Source of the DNA: a virus
Taxonomy: Duplodnaviria > Caudoviricetes
Strand: one strand, 5' to 3'
IMG/VR virus record: IMGVR_UViG_3300036978_000226
Coordinates: 1 to 31,957 of that record
DNA: 31,957 nucleotides
Shown here: piece after piece, positions 23,126 to 31,957 of the stretch
Position numbering within the stretch: position 1 is the stretch's first letter
Layout of the letters: each line of letters starts with the position of its first letter
The notes under the pieces: model-generated
What the model saw: only the letters and a program-made list of their open reading frames with translations
What the model was told of the DNA's origin: nothing
The model's database searches: none
Position numbers and translations under genes: made by a program

Positions 23126-25420
23126 TCAATTGTTGAGCCTGTACCGCTTGATCTGCTTTTTGTTGAACTTGTGCTCCTCCTCTTCGACCGTGATCATCTG
23201 GGCGTCGGCCATCTTGGACAGGCACTTCTCGATGTCTTCCCGCTTGTATTTCCGCAGGCGGTTCACGATCACACCCAGCGTCTCGCCGTCCGGCCCGATC
23301 AGCAGCTGCGTGACCTTGGCGCGCAGGGCCAGTGCGGGGTTGTCGACGGCGCGGTCATTGCCGGTCACAAGGCGCATCTTGCTTTCGATGTCCCGCTTGA
23401 TCAGGGCATAGGCCCACCGGACGTGCTCTTCCGTGCGGACGCCCTCAGGCACGGCGAGGATCAGGCTGACCTTGCTGACCTGCTCGTACCCCCGGTTCGG
23501 CAGGGCCTCCAAGCCCGACAGCGTCTTGTGTTCGTACGCCATCTTGTCGAACAGCTTGCGGGCCTTCCGGAGCATGTCCTTTGCCTTCGGGGCCGTCGGG
23601 ATCACGATGCGTTCGCCGTAGAACTCGACCCGCGCATCGTAATTCTGGGTGATGTCGAACGACCCGCCCATGGCCAGCTGCTGAAGCGTCATCTGCAGGG
23701 CGTCGGACAGGGGCTGCTTGACCCAGTCGTCCTTGCTCTCTGGCGCGGTGTCGGTCTCGATGCAGAGGATCGAGCGCCCAATGAAGCCGTTGGCCGCCGC
23801 CTGATAGTCGACCAGTTCTTCGAAGTTCTCCGGGGTGGTGTAGCCGGACAGGGTCAGGAACGGGCGGGACAGGCCCTTGCCGATGGTCGACAGCTGGTAC
23901 TCGATGCTGGCCTTTCGGTTGATCAGGTAGGACTTCTCGCCCAGTTCCTCCAGCTGCTTCTCGATCTTGATCAGTTCCTTGCGAAGTTCCGCCTTCACCT
24001 CGTCCTTGGCGTCGCCGCTCAGGATCATCGAGCCGTCGGCTTTGGAGTAGGCCGACATCAGGATGCCGATGATGCCCTCAAGGTACGTGGCCCCGCCCCG
24101 CTTCTGGGCCGACTTGATCTTCTGGAGCAGGAAGCCGACCTCGTCGATCAGGAAGAACGCAGCCTGATGGCGCAGAAGGTTTCGCATGACCTCCTGCTCG
24201 GACTTGATGGTGCCATGCACAGCCTCAGCCATGCCACAGATCACCATAATCTCCCTGATGGCGTCCTGCACGGCTTCCTTGCCAGTTCCCGATCCGGCGA
24301 CGTTGAACACGAACAGGTTGGTGGTCGCCCGGTCGAGGTCGTCGATGTAGCGCAGGCCGAAGATGTTCCCCATCGCGGTGATGGCCGCCATTGCCGCCAG
24401 CTGCTCCCGCTTCCGCCGGGCGCGCGTCTCGATCCATGCCGCCAGCTGACCGGCGAGGCCCGGCGGGCGCAGCAGATCGACGCCACCGATGTCGATGTCC
24501 AGCGTGTCTTTTTCTTCGTACGGAGCAAAGTCGAACTCGATCTCCGGGGTGAACGTCACGGGCTGGACCCAGCCACCCTGCTCCGCATAGTGGGCCAGCG
24601 TGCCCAGTGTTACCGGGTTGGCCGACCGACCGAAGCTGTGCCATTTGTACGGCATCGTGGCGTCGTCGTACTTCTTCGACATCTGGGACCATTTGTCCCA
24701 AACATCGAACGCCGATCCGCCAGATGCGTGGTGCAGTGCCATGCCGATCTTGATCCACTGGTCATAGTCGACGTCGTCGTTCGGGATGAACGACAGCATG
24801 TCCGCCAGATCGCCATGGGACACGTCAACGGTCTGGCCGCCGATGTCCGCCCGGTGCTTCTCCGGAACCGTCAGCGCCGCGATCAGGGCGGTCGGAGCCA
24901 AGTCGATGTCATAGGGCGACCCGTGGGCGATCTCGTACCGGCTGCCGCTGGCGTGCATCGATCCGGGGCCGACCACGAAGGACGCGCCGCTCTTGAAGTC
25001 GATGCCGGGGTATTTCTCCAGCTTGGTGACCAGAGACACGCCCTCAGGGATCAGGAAGAAATAGTGGCGCGACCCGCCGCCGGAGCCGGTGTTCACGATC
25101 AGGCCGGAACCCGCCACATCCGGGTAATCCTCCAGAAGCAGCTTCAGGCCCTCGATGCCGCCGTTGCGGGCGTCCACGTCGACCACCAGCTTGCCCCGAA
25201 GCACGCATCCGTACCCGGTGGTGAACTGATCCATGGCTTCCATGGTTTCCATCTGTTCGTCGGACCAGTGCGGCGTGTGCTGCCAGTTCGAAACACGGGG
25301 GTGTTTGAACAGCGATTTCTCCGGGCAATGCGGGTTCCCGCACTGACATTTTCCGTCGCGGCCACGACCGTACAGGCCGAAAACTTGAAATCCGGCCTCC
25401 CAAAACTCCCTGTAATTCAT
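23126..25420 (-). CDS. Bifunctional primase-polymerase (Prim-Pol) / PriCT-2 / DUF3987-type helicase
   Basis: CQCGNPHC..KHP, VVDVDARNGG, TGSGGGSRHYFF, GIDFK..VVGPGSMH; YDQWIKIGMALH..WS..KY (PriCT-2); AGSGTGKE and LIDE (P-loop). Confidence 0.9.
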   Translation of the reverse strand: MNYREFWEAGFQVFGLYGRGRDGKCQCGNPHCPEKSLFKHPRVSNWQHTPHWSDEQMETMEAMDQFTTGYGCVLRGKLVVDVDARNGGIEGLKLLLEDYPDVAGSGLIVNTGSGGGSRHYFFLIPEGVSLVTKLEKYPGIDFKSGASFVVGPGSMHASGSRYEIAHGSPYDIDLAPTALIAALTVPEKHRADIGGQTVDVSHGDLADMLSFIPNDDVDYDQWIKIGMALHHASGGSAFDVWDKWSQMSKKYDDATMPYKWHSFGRSANPVTLGTLAHYAEQGGWVQPVTFTPEIEFDFAPYEEKDTLDIDIGGVDLLRPPGLAGQLAAWIETRARRKREQLAAMAAITAMGNIFGLRYIDDLDRATTNLFVFNVAGSGTGKEAVQDAIREIMVICGMAEAVHGTIKSEQEVMRNLLRHQAAFFLIDEVGFLLQKIKSAQKRGGATYLEGIIGILMSAYSKADGSMILSGDAKDEVKAELRKELIKIEKQLEELGEKSYLINRKASIEYQLSTIGKGLSRPFLTLSGYTTPENFEELVDYQAAANGFIGRSILCIETDTAPESKDDWVKQPLSDALQMTLQQLAMGGSFDITQNYDARVEFYGERIVIPTAPKAKDMLRKARKLFDKMAYEHKTLSGLEALPNRGYEQVSKVSLILAVPEGVRTEEHVRWAYALIKRDIESKMRLVTGNDRAVDNPALALRAKVTQLLIGPDGETLGVIVNRLRKYKREDIEKCLSKMADAQMITVEEEEHKFNKKQIKRYRLNN

Positions 25421-25426
25421 TTTTTT

Positions 25427-25642
25427 TCAGGCGTTCTGAGCGAACAAATACTGCGACAGCTTGTCGATTGTGGCCAGCAGCGGGATGCCACCGCGACCCT
25501 TCGCAATGTTCCTCACTGTATTCTCATGGAGGCCGGTGGACGTCGCAACCTTGCTCAGATTGCGGTCTTCCAAGGCCTTCCGGATCAGCACAAGTCGCGC
25601 CTCAATGGCTTCGTGAACTGGTCCCGGTGTTTGGTCTGACAT
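25427..25642 (-). CDS. Cro-like HTH transcriptional regulator
   Basis: RNLSKVATSTGLHENTVRNIAKG; AAGGGA RBS before ATG 25642. Confidence 0.8.
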   Translation of the reverse strand: MSDQTPGPVHEAIEARLVLIRKALEDRNLSKVATSTGLHENTVRNIAKGRGGIPLLATIDKLSQYLFAQNA

Positions 25643-25667
25643 TTGAATTGTATCCCTTATCACGTTT

Positions 25668-25705
25668 GATGTGTTGACAATCTCACATCGAGCGATTAGC
25701 GTCAA
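25668..25705. promoter_or_regulatory. Overlapping divergent promoters of the replication arms
   Basis: Plus TTGACA-17-TAGCGT (25674-25702); minus TTGACG-17-GATTGT (25705-25677); inverted repeat GATGTG-N10-CACATC. Confidence 0.6.
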
Positions 25706-25734
25706 TGGTGTTGAGAAGAAGCAAAGGAGCGAAG

Positions 25735-26505
25735 ATGAGTATCCTCGATACCATTACCAAACCCGAAGACCGGCCCATCGCCATCACGATCATTGGCGAC
25801 GCGGGCCTTGGCAAGACCAGCCTTGCCGCAACCTTCCCCAAACCGATTTTCATTCGCTCAGAGGATGGCCTTCAAGCTGTTCCAGAAGCGTCTCGCCCGG
25901 ATGCTTTCCCGGTGCTGAAAAGCGCGGAAGATTTGTGGCCGCAACTGGCTGCCCTGATCAAGGAAGATCATGCGTACCAGACCTGCGTCATCGACACGGT
26001 GACGACACTGGACGCGCTCTTCACAGACTGGGTCATGGAGACCGATCCCAAGGGGGCCAAGAGCCTCAACCAAGCCCACGGTGGCTTCGGTGCAGGACGT
26101 GACATGGTTGCCAGTCAGCACCGCCGCGTGCGCAAGGCCTGCGGCATGATGATGGAGAAGGGCATGAACGTCGTGTTCGTTGCCCATGCTGAGACGGTGC
26201 GGATCGAGCCGCCGGACGCCAATCCGTACACCAAGTACGCGATGCGGATGGGGGACAAGTCGACCCAGCCCTACATCGACAACGTCGATGCCGTCGGCTT
26301 CCTTCGTCTGGAGACTTTCGTCACTGGCGACGGCGATCTGAAAAAGGCGATCTCGGACGGCACGCGTCAGCTTGTTGTCCACGCCATGGCTGCAAACGTT
26401 TCCAAGAACCGTTTCGGCATCAATGAGCCACTGGAGGTCAAGATCGGTGTGAACCCGTTCGGCCCCTACATGTCCAAGTCTGTGAAGAAGGAAGCAGCGA
26501 AATGA
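25735..26505 (+). CDS. sak4: Sak4-like AAA_24 ATPase / ssDNA-annealing protein
   Basis: GDAGLGKTS Walker A, EDG, VIDT, VAH, D.VGFL and SKNRFG; AAAGGAG RBS; followed by SSB and exonuclease. Confidence 0.85.
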   Translation: MSILDTITKPEDRPIAITIIGDAGLGKTSLAATFPKPIFIRSEDGLQAVPEASRPDAFPVLKSAEDLWPQLAALIKEDHAYQTCVIDTVTTLDALFTDWVMETDPKGAKSLNQAHGGFGAGRDMVASQHRRVRKACGMMMEKGMNVVFVAHAETVRIEPPDANPYTKYAMRMGDKSTQPYIDNVDAVGFLRLETFVTGDGDLKKAISDGTRQLVVHAMAANVSKNRFGINEPLEVKIGVNPFGPYMSKSVKKEAAK

Positions 26506-27116
26506 GCGATTTTTGGAACCTGTCCGACGGTGAAGACGTCAAGGAAACCGCAGGCAGCGGTGAGTTCGATGCGGGTGGCGGAAACCTCCTGCCGATCCCC
26601 GGCGAGACGTCCGTCCTTGCCGCCATCGACGAAGCCAAGTGGGACAAGACCCAGAACGGGGATCGTTTCATCTCCCTGCGCTGGAACGTTCTGGCTCCGG
26701 AAGACTACAAGGGTCGCAAGGTGTTCCAGAAGCTCTGGGTGACCGACCCCGACCCGCGCGCCAAGGCCGACAAGGTGGCCGCCAAGCGCGACAAGGCCAA
26801 GAAGATGCTGGGTGCCATCGACACCAACTGTGGTGGCAAGCTGCTGGCCAAGGGCGTGATGCCGACGGACGAAAGCCTGACGTCCTGCCTGACCAACAAG
26901 CCGATGGTGACCAAGGTCATGGTCTGGGAAATGAGGGACCGCATGACCGGCGAGGTTGCCCGTGGCAACTGGATCGGCGCTGTGGCCCCCAAGACCTCGC
27001 CCCAGTCGTCCTCCGAAGAGATCGCCAAGGCTCAGGCCGAGCTTGAGCGCCACGTCTCCAACGCTCCCCGTGGAAATGGCGGCGGCGGTCGCATCGACGA
27101 CGAAATCCCGTTCTGA
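26502..27116 (+). CDS. ssb: Single-stranded DNA-binding protein (DUF669-like)
   Basis: LPIPG..ISLRW..YKGRKVFQKL; acidic C-terminal tail DDEIPF; context. Confidence 0.8.
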   Translation: MSDFWNLSDGEDVKETAGSGEFDAGGGNLLPIPGETSVLAAIDEAKWDKTQNGDRFISLRWNVLAPEDYKGRKVFQKLWVTDPDPRAKADKVAAKRDKAKKMLGAIDTNCGGKLLAKGVMPTDESLTSCLTNKPMVTKVMVWEMRDRMTGEVARGNWIGAVAPKTSPQSSSEEIAKAQAELERHVSNAPRGNGGGGRIDDEIPF

Positions 27117-27125
27117 TCAAAACTG

Positions 27126-27147
27126 GGGGTCGCCTTCGGGCGGCCCC
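27126..27147 (+). other. Stable cUUCGg hairpin after ssb (attenuator or RNA-stabilising)
   Basis: GGGGTCGCC-TTCG-GGCGGCCCC with no plus-strand U tract. Confidence 0.55.
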
Positions 27148-27172
27148 TCCCCACCAAAACATTAAAGTGAGC

Positions 27173-28051
27173 ATGAGCATGGAACAGCGCAGCGAAGAAT
27201 GGTTCGAAGCCCGAAAGGGGCGCATCACAGCGTCCGCCGTCGGGGCGATACTGGGCGTCGACCCCAACACAGACCGAGACCAGATCATGCGCCGCATGGT
27301 CCGCCAGTACCACAAGGCCCCAAGCGAGTGGAACGGCAACATCGCCACCCAGTGGGGCGTCACCCACGAAAACGAAGCCCGCGAAGACCTTGAGGCGCAC
27401 CTGAAGACGGAAATCTCCGGTGCGACTTTCGTCGTACATCCGGTGATGAACTGGCTTGGCGCAAGCCCGGACGGGTACATCGGCGATGACCATCTGGTCG
27501 AGATCAAGTGCCCCTTCGGCCTTCGGGACGCGGAAGCCCCGGTCCCGTTCAAGACCATCGGCGGTCAGGAACATTACTACGCCCAGATGCAAGTCCAGAT
27601 GCTCTGCGCCAATCGGTCGGCATGCTACTTCTGGCAGTGGACCCCGCGCGACAGCAAGCTGGACATTGTATCGTACGATCCAGAGTACATCGAGAAGATC
27701 ATTCCGAAGCTTCGGGAATTCTACATGGAGTACCTCGCGGCGTGCGATGACCCCGGCGAGTACCTTGAGGAGCAGAGGGTCACCATCGACACCCCGCGCG
27801 CCCTGCAGATGGTGGCCGAGTACACGGACGTCATCGACGCCATCGCCAAGGCGGAAGAGCGCAAGAAAGAGCTTCTTGAGGCTATGGTGGAGATGGCCAA
27901 GGGGCGCGACGCGATCTTCGGCGGCAAGCGCCTGACCAAGACGGAACGGTCTGGATCGGTGTCCTACGCCAAGGCCATCCAAGTGCTGGCACCGGGTGCG
28001 AACCTTGAGCCATGGCGCGGCAAGCCCACCACCTTCTGGAGCCTGAAATGA
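27173..28051 (+). CDS. YqaJ-like (lambda-exonuclease family) recombination nuclease
   Basis: QRSEEWFEARKGRITAS, WG..HE, GASPDG, EIKCP, YYAQMQVQM. Confidence 0.92.
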   Translation: MSMEQRSEEWFEARKGRITASAVGAILGVDPNTDRDQIMRRMVRQYHKAPSEWNGNIATQWGVTHENEAREDLEAHLKTEISGATFVVHPVMNWLGASPDGYIGDDHLVEIKCPFGLRDAEAPVPFKTIGGQEHYYAQMQVQMLCANRSACYFWQWTPRDSKLDIVSYDPEYIEKIIPKLREFYMEYLAACDDPGEYLEEQRVTIDTPRALQMVAEYTDVIDAIAKAEERKKELLEAMVEMAKGRDAIFGGKRLTKTERSGSVSYAKAIQVLAPGANLEPWRGKPTTFWSLK

Positions 28052-28272
28052 ACGACGAACTCGACCGGCAGCGCACCATCAACGTGAAGCTTCGGCGGCA
28101 GCTGGAAAAGTGCCGCCAAGACACCGTCGAGTACTGCGCCAAGTTCTGCGAGGACAACGAGGTTTCCTTCCAGCACGGGACGCTCCACATCGACGCTACC
28201 CCCGAAGACAGATCATACACTCACCCCGGCGACAGCTACGCCAAAGCCCTGAGAAGGATTATCAAGAAATGA
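28048..28272 (+). CDS. Hypothetical protein
   Basis: ATGA coupling; 74 aa. Confidence 0.6.
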   Translation: MNDELDRQRTINVKLRRQLEKCRQDTVEYCAKFCEDNEVSFQHGTLHIDATPEDRSYTHPGDSYAKALRRIIKK

Positions 28273-28562
28273 GCGAAATCAAAACTGCCAGAGACATGCT
28301 TCTTTTGGTTGCAGAGAGCATCGAGGATCGGGAGCCGCGCGCCGCTGTGGCCATCGTACACATTGTTGAAAAGCTGATGTACCGGACGCACACCAAGCGT
28401 AAAGCCCCCGTCACTTCGGAGGAGATGGACGCGGAGACCGCAAACTCGATCCGCACTCTCTATGCAATCAATCCGGAAATTTCGGTGCAGAAGATGGCCG
28501 AAATGTTCAGGGTGAACCCCGGTCGCGTCAGCGAGGCAATCGCTGGCAAGTGGGGGGAGTGA
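28269..28562 (+). CDS. Small protein with a C-terminal HTH
   Basis: SVQKMAEMFRVNPGRVSEAIAG; ATGA coupling. Confidence 0.65.
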   Translation: MSEIKTARDMLLLVAESIEDREPRAAVAIVHIVEKLMYRTHTKRKAPVTSEEMDAETANSIRTLYAINPEISVQKMAEMFRVNPGRVSEAIAGKWGE

Positions 28563-29029
28563 TGTACCAGAGCGAAGAGGATGGAAGGAGTGAGCGCAGG
28601 ATTGCGGACATTCTGGAAGCCGAACTTGGCTTCACTATCCTGACGACCGAGAAGGGGGCGTCGATAGATTACATGATGTACCGGGATGGCGTCGTCTGCG
28701 GCATCGGCGAGTGCAAGGTCAGGAAGAACATGTACAGCTACGAGCGCATGTTCGAACTGGGCGACATCATGCTCGACCTGTCAAAGTGGAAGATCGCCCG
28801 CTTTATGTCGAAAAAACTGATGGTCAACTTCTACTTTGTTGTAGAACTCACAAACGCTTTGTTGTATTTAGAGGTGAAGTGGAACAGAGACTTCGACCCA
28901 GAGACCAAGATCATGCGCCTCAACGTGGTGAGGGATGTGAATGACAGGGATGAAGTCGTCCTGCTCCCGATTGAAAAATTTACGGTGATCAAACATGACC
29001 CTCAGACCCTACCAGCAGCAGTCGCATGA
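28562..29029 (+). CDS. PD-(D/E)xK-family nuclease-like protein
   Basis: E..SIDY..GECKVR motif; TGATG coupling. Confidence 0.6.
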   Translation: MYQSEEDGRSERRIADILEAELGFTILTTEKGASIDYMMYRDGVVCGIGECKVRKNMYSYERMFELGDIMLDLSKWKIARFMSKKLMVNFYFVVELTNALLYLEVKWNRDFDPETKIMRLNVVRDVNDRDEVVLLPIEKFTVIKHDPQTLPAAVA

Positions 29030-30779
29030 CAGCATCATCGCGTGGGTTTCCCGCAACCGGTCCCCGTGCTGCATCGAAGCGGCCACGGGGGCCGGGAAGA
29101 GCCACATCATCGAGAGCGTGGCCAGCACGATCCACCGGGTGTCCGGCGGCAAGCACGTCCTGTGCCTCGCCCCGTCCGCAGAACTGGTGACCCAGAACAG
29201 CGAGAAGTACCGCGCCACCGGTGCCAAGTGTTCGATCTTCAGCGCCAGCGCTGGCCAGAAGAGCCTGCGCCACCCGGTGGTCTTCGGGACGCCCGGCACG
29301 GTCAAGAACGCGATCAGCCGCTTCGGCAAGGAGTTCGCCGCCGTCGTGATCGACGAGTGCCATGGCATCACCCCGACCATCAAGTCGATCATCGAGGCCA
29401 TGCGGGAAGCCAACCCAAACCTGCGCGTCATCGGCCTGTCCGCCACCCCGTACCGCATGAAGACCGGGTACATCTTCGGCCTGTGGCCCGACGGCAAGCC
29501 GGTGTCCGAGAACCAGACCCGTGAACCCTACTTCGCAGCCTGCGTCGACCGCATCCGGGCATACGAATTGATCGAGGCCGGGTATCTGACCCAGCCGGTC
29601 ATCGGGGAGATCAACGCTCAATCGTACGAAACACTGAACATGCAGGTCAACAGCCGTGGCCAGTTCGACGCGCAGGCTGTCGATAAGGCGTACCACGGGC
29701 ACGGCAGGAAGACCGCAGCCATCATCGCTGACGTCGTCTCCCAGTCTCAGGACCGTCAGGGCGTCATGATCTTCGCGGCCACCGTGCGCCACGCCCATGA
29801 GTGCATGGCAAGTCTGCCGCCCAGCCTGTCCGCCATCGTGACCGGCACCACGCCCAAGGCTGAGAGGGACGCGATCCTGAAGAAGTTCAAGGCCCGGAAG
29901 ATCAAGTATTTGGTCAACGTCTCGGTCCTGACCACCGGGTTCGACGCGCCTCACGTCGACGTGATCGCCCTGATGCGGGCCACCGAGAGCGTCGGCCTGA
30001 TGCAGCAGATCATCGGTCGCGGCCTGCGGGTCGACAGCGGCAAGACCGACTGCCTCGTTCTGGACTATGCCGAGAACATCGAGCGCCACTGCCCGGACCA
30101 CGACATCTTCGGCCCTGAGATCAAGGTATCCACCGGCGGCGACGGCTCTGGAGAGGTCACGTGCGTGTGCCCCCAGTGTTCGACCGAGAACACCTTTTCC
30201 GCGCGCACCAACAACGAAGAGTACGAGATCGACGCCAACGGGTACTTTGTCGATCTGGACGGCAATGCCATCGAGACGGAATGGGGCTGGATGCCCGCCC
30301 ACTTCGGTCGCCGCTGTGGGGCCATGGAGACGGTCGCCGGTGACCTCGTCCAGTGTACCTACCGCTGGACGTCGAAGGAGTGCCCGCACTGCTCTGAGCC
30401 TAACGACATCGCCGCCCGGTACTGCTCGTCCTGCAAGGGGGAGATCGTCGACCCGAACGAGAAGCTCCGGATCGACTTCAAGGCCCTGAAGCGTGATCCC
30501 ACCCAGCGGCAGACCGACGAGGTTCTGCAGTGGCGGAAGCTGCCGCAGGTTTCTCGCAGCGGGAAGGCCATGGACAGGGTTGACGTGGTCACCCCATATC
30601 GGTCATTTTCATTCTGGGTCATGAAGTTCCCAGAGTGGACGAAGGCAAGGGCTGAACGGGCCATGCTGGACGCTCTGGGAAATGCCCCGCCGATGTCGAT
30701 TACATATCAGAAGGACGGGCAGAGCGGTTTCTACCGCGTCCTCAATTACAATAAGGCGGTAGATGAAGCTCCCACATGA
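28995..30779 (+). CDS. Superfamily 2 DExH helicase (RadD/YejH-like) with C-terminal zinc ribbons
   Basis: LRPYQ, ATGAGKS, DECH, GLSATP, LTTGFDAP, QIIGRGLR and several CxxC pairs. Confidence 0.93.
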   Translation: MTLRPYQQQSHDSIIAWVSRNRSPCCIEAATGAGKSHIIESVASTIHRVSGGKHVLCLAPSAELVTQNSEKYRATGAKCSIFSASAGQKSLRHPVVFGTPGTVKNAISRFGKEFAAVVIDECHGITPTIKSIIEAMREANPNLRVIGLSATPYRMKTGYIFGLWPDGKPVSENQTREPYFAACVDRIRAYELIEAGYLTQPVIGEINAQSYETLNMQVNSRGQFDAQAVDKAYHGHGRKTAAIIADVVSQSQDRQGVMIFAATVRHAHECMASLPPSLSAIVTGTTPKAERDAILKKFKARKIKYLVNVSVLTTGFDAPHVDVIALMRATESVGLMQQIIGRGLRVDSGKTDCLVLDYAENIERHCPDHDIFGPEIKVSTGGDGSGEVTCVCPQCSTENTFSARTNNEEYEIDANGYFVDLDGNAIETEWGWMPAHFGRRCGAMETVAGDLVQCTYRWTSKECPHCSEPNDIAARYCSSCKGEIVDPNEKLRIDFKALKRDPTQRQTDEVLQWRKLPQVSRSGKAMDRVDVVTPYRSFSFWVMKFPEWTKARAERAMLDALGNAPPMSITYQKDGQSGFYRVLNYNKAVDEAPT

Positions 30780-31170
30780 CATCATGATCTATGGCGACAC
30801 GTCCTATCGAGGGGCGTGTCCAAAGGAAGCGGTCGAACAGGTGACGTTCTTCGCCCGCCTGCGCCGCGCCCATCCGGACACCTTCGGCATGCTGGCCCTG
30901 CATCCCCGCAACGAGGGCGTCAGGAACGCGCTGCAGGCGGCCAAGGAGAAATCTGAGGGCATGACCACCGGCGCACCCGACATCGTCATCCCCGGCAGCC
31001 CTGCGTTCGTCTGCGAACTGAAGCGACGGGACCATACCGCGTCGAGCATCTCGGACAGCCAGCTAAAGTACCTCAGGGCAGCCAAGGCCGAAGGATGCTT
31101 CACATGCATCGCTCTGGGCGTGGACGAGGCGTGGAATGCCTTCAATGACTACCTTAGCCATGTGGACTAA
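30763..31170 (+). CDS. VRR-NUC domain nuclease
   Basis: EQ..HPRNEG..G..GAPD..ELK..Q pattern. Confidence 0.85.
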   Translation: MKLPHDIMIYGDTSYRGACPKEAVEQVTFFARLRRAHPDTFGMLALHPRNEGVRNALQAAKEKSEGMTTGAPDIVIPGSPAFVCELKRRDHTASSISDSQLKYLRAAKAEGCFTCIALGVDEAWNAFNDYLSHVD

Positions 31171-31408
31171 CGAGACGCGCCCCAGCAAGCGCATCGAGCG
31201 CATCCTGCGCGGCCAGACCCGGATGGAAGACGAAGAAGAAGGCATCCAGTCCGCCTGCCGAAAATACATCTATGATGGCGCGGTCTCGATCCTTGCCATA
31301 GAAGGCAAAGAGGCGCGAAGGAAAGCTCTCAATCGGGTGCCGGTTCTGATCAGGCCGCACATCGAAATGGAAGCCCGGCGCATCCACGACTTCAGGAAGA
31401 AAAGATGA
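31160..31408 (+). CDS. Hypothetical protein
   Basis: 82 aa from ATG 31160, coupled to neighbours. Confidence 0.6.
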   Translation: MWTNETRPSKRIERILRGQTRMEDEEEGIQSACRKYIYDGAVSILAIEGKEARRKALNRVPVLIRPHIEMEARRIHDFRKKR

Positions 31409-31641
31409 CCCGCTTTCTCATTACCATGAACATGCCGACCCGGAGCGGCTCCCCGATCCATCAGGTGATCTGCGAACACGAAGCCCTTTCCGTTGCCGAT
31501 TTCATCAAGGGGATGGGGAACGCGGAGTTCTTCATTGTCGAGGAGCTGTACCGGGACCAAGCGGGCAACTATTTCAACGCCGGGAAGGTCGCCCTGAACA
31601 AGAGGCACATCGGCAAGATCAAGATGGACAAAGACAAATGA
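31405..31641 (+). CDS. Hypothetical protein
   Basis: 78 aa; ATGA coupling, AGGA RBS. Confidence 0.65.
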   Translation: MTRFLITMNMPTRSGSPIHQVICEHEALSVADFIKGMGNAEFFIVEELYRDQAGNYFNAGKVALNKRHIGKIKMDKDK

Positions 31642-31955
31642 AATCGCCGATGCACCGGAAGCGCGAGACGCCGTACCTGTCCAGAAGCGCTCAGCACCCA
31701 TCCATCGCCTACATCATCCTGCCGCAGAGCATCGCTCCGGTCGACATGACGGCCATGATCTTTCAGGGCAACGGCAAGCTGGGCATTCAGCTTCTGCCCG
31801 ATGGGGGCGAGTTCATCGTCAGGAGATCGAGCAAGCGGGCCTCGACAAGACGTCTGAACATCCCAAAGGGGATGGCCGACATGTTCCCAGTGGGAACCCA
31901 CGATATCAGCCTCAGGCCGGTGGGTTCCCTTCTGGTGGTCGAGATCACGTCGTAG
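31638..31955 (+). CDS. Hypothetical protein
   Basis: 105 aa; ATGA coupling. Confidence 0.55.
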   Translation: MKSPMHRKRETPYLSRSAQHPSIAYIILPQSIAPVDMTAMIFQGNGKLGIQLLPDGGEFIVRRSSKRASTRRLNIPKGMADMFPVGTHDISLRPVGSLLVVEITS

Positions 31956-31957
31956 TG

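Noticed and set aside
23069-25639. 856-aa plus-strand ORF (and the 466-aa minus ORF at 28989-30389)
   Set aside because: Antisense to the clearly identified primase and helicase genes.

Overview
A ~32 kb piece of a GC-rich tailed dsDNA phage or prophage genome. The host is probably an alphaproteobacterium and the virion probably P22/podovirus-like; both are inferences. Minus strand, right to left: a Cro-like HTH gene, a Prim-Pol primase-helicase, many small accessory genes, an AT-rich non-coding locus (candidate origin, ~18180-18500), early cassettes sharing promoter/palindrome/RBS modules, SprT, terS, terL, a small dCTP-deaminase cassette, the portal, then two giant polyvalent (probably virion-injected) proteins. 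The second of these (1-2368) is missing from the ORF track and runs off the left edge. Plus strand from 25735: Sak4-like ATPase, SSB, YqaJ exonuclease, PD-(D/E)xK nuclease, SF2 helicase and VRR-NUC. The most interesting candidate system is the two polyproteins. Their effector domains (3 ART-PolyVal, M15 peptidase, zincin-like, HhH-glycosylase-like, InPase) are each bounded by a recurring [A/K]-x-G-G linker. Both also carry a recurring helical motif, and a small overprinted gene with its own RBS is nested in one linker. All family assignments come from motif recognition by eye; no searches were run.
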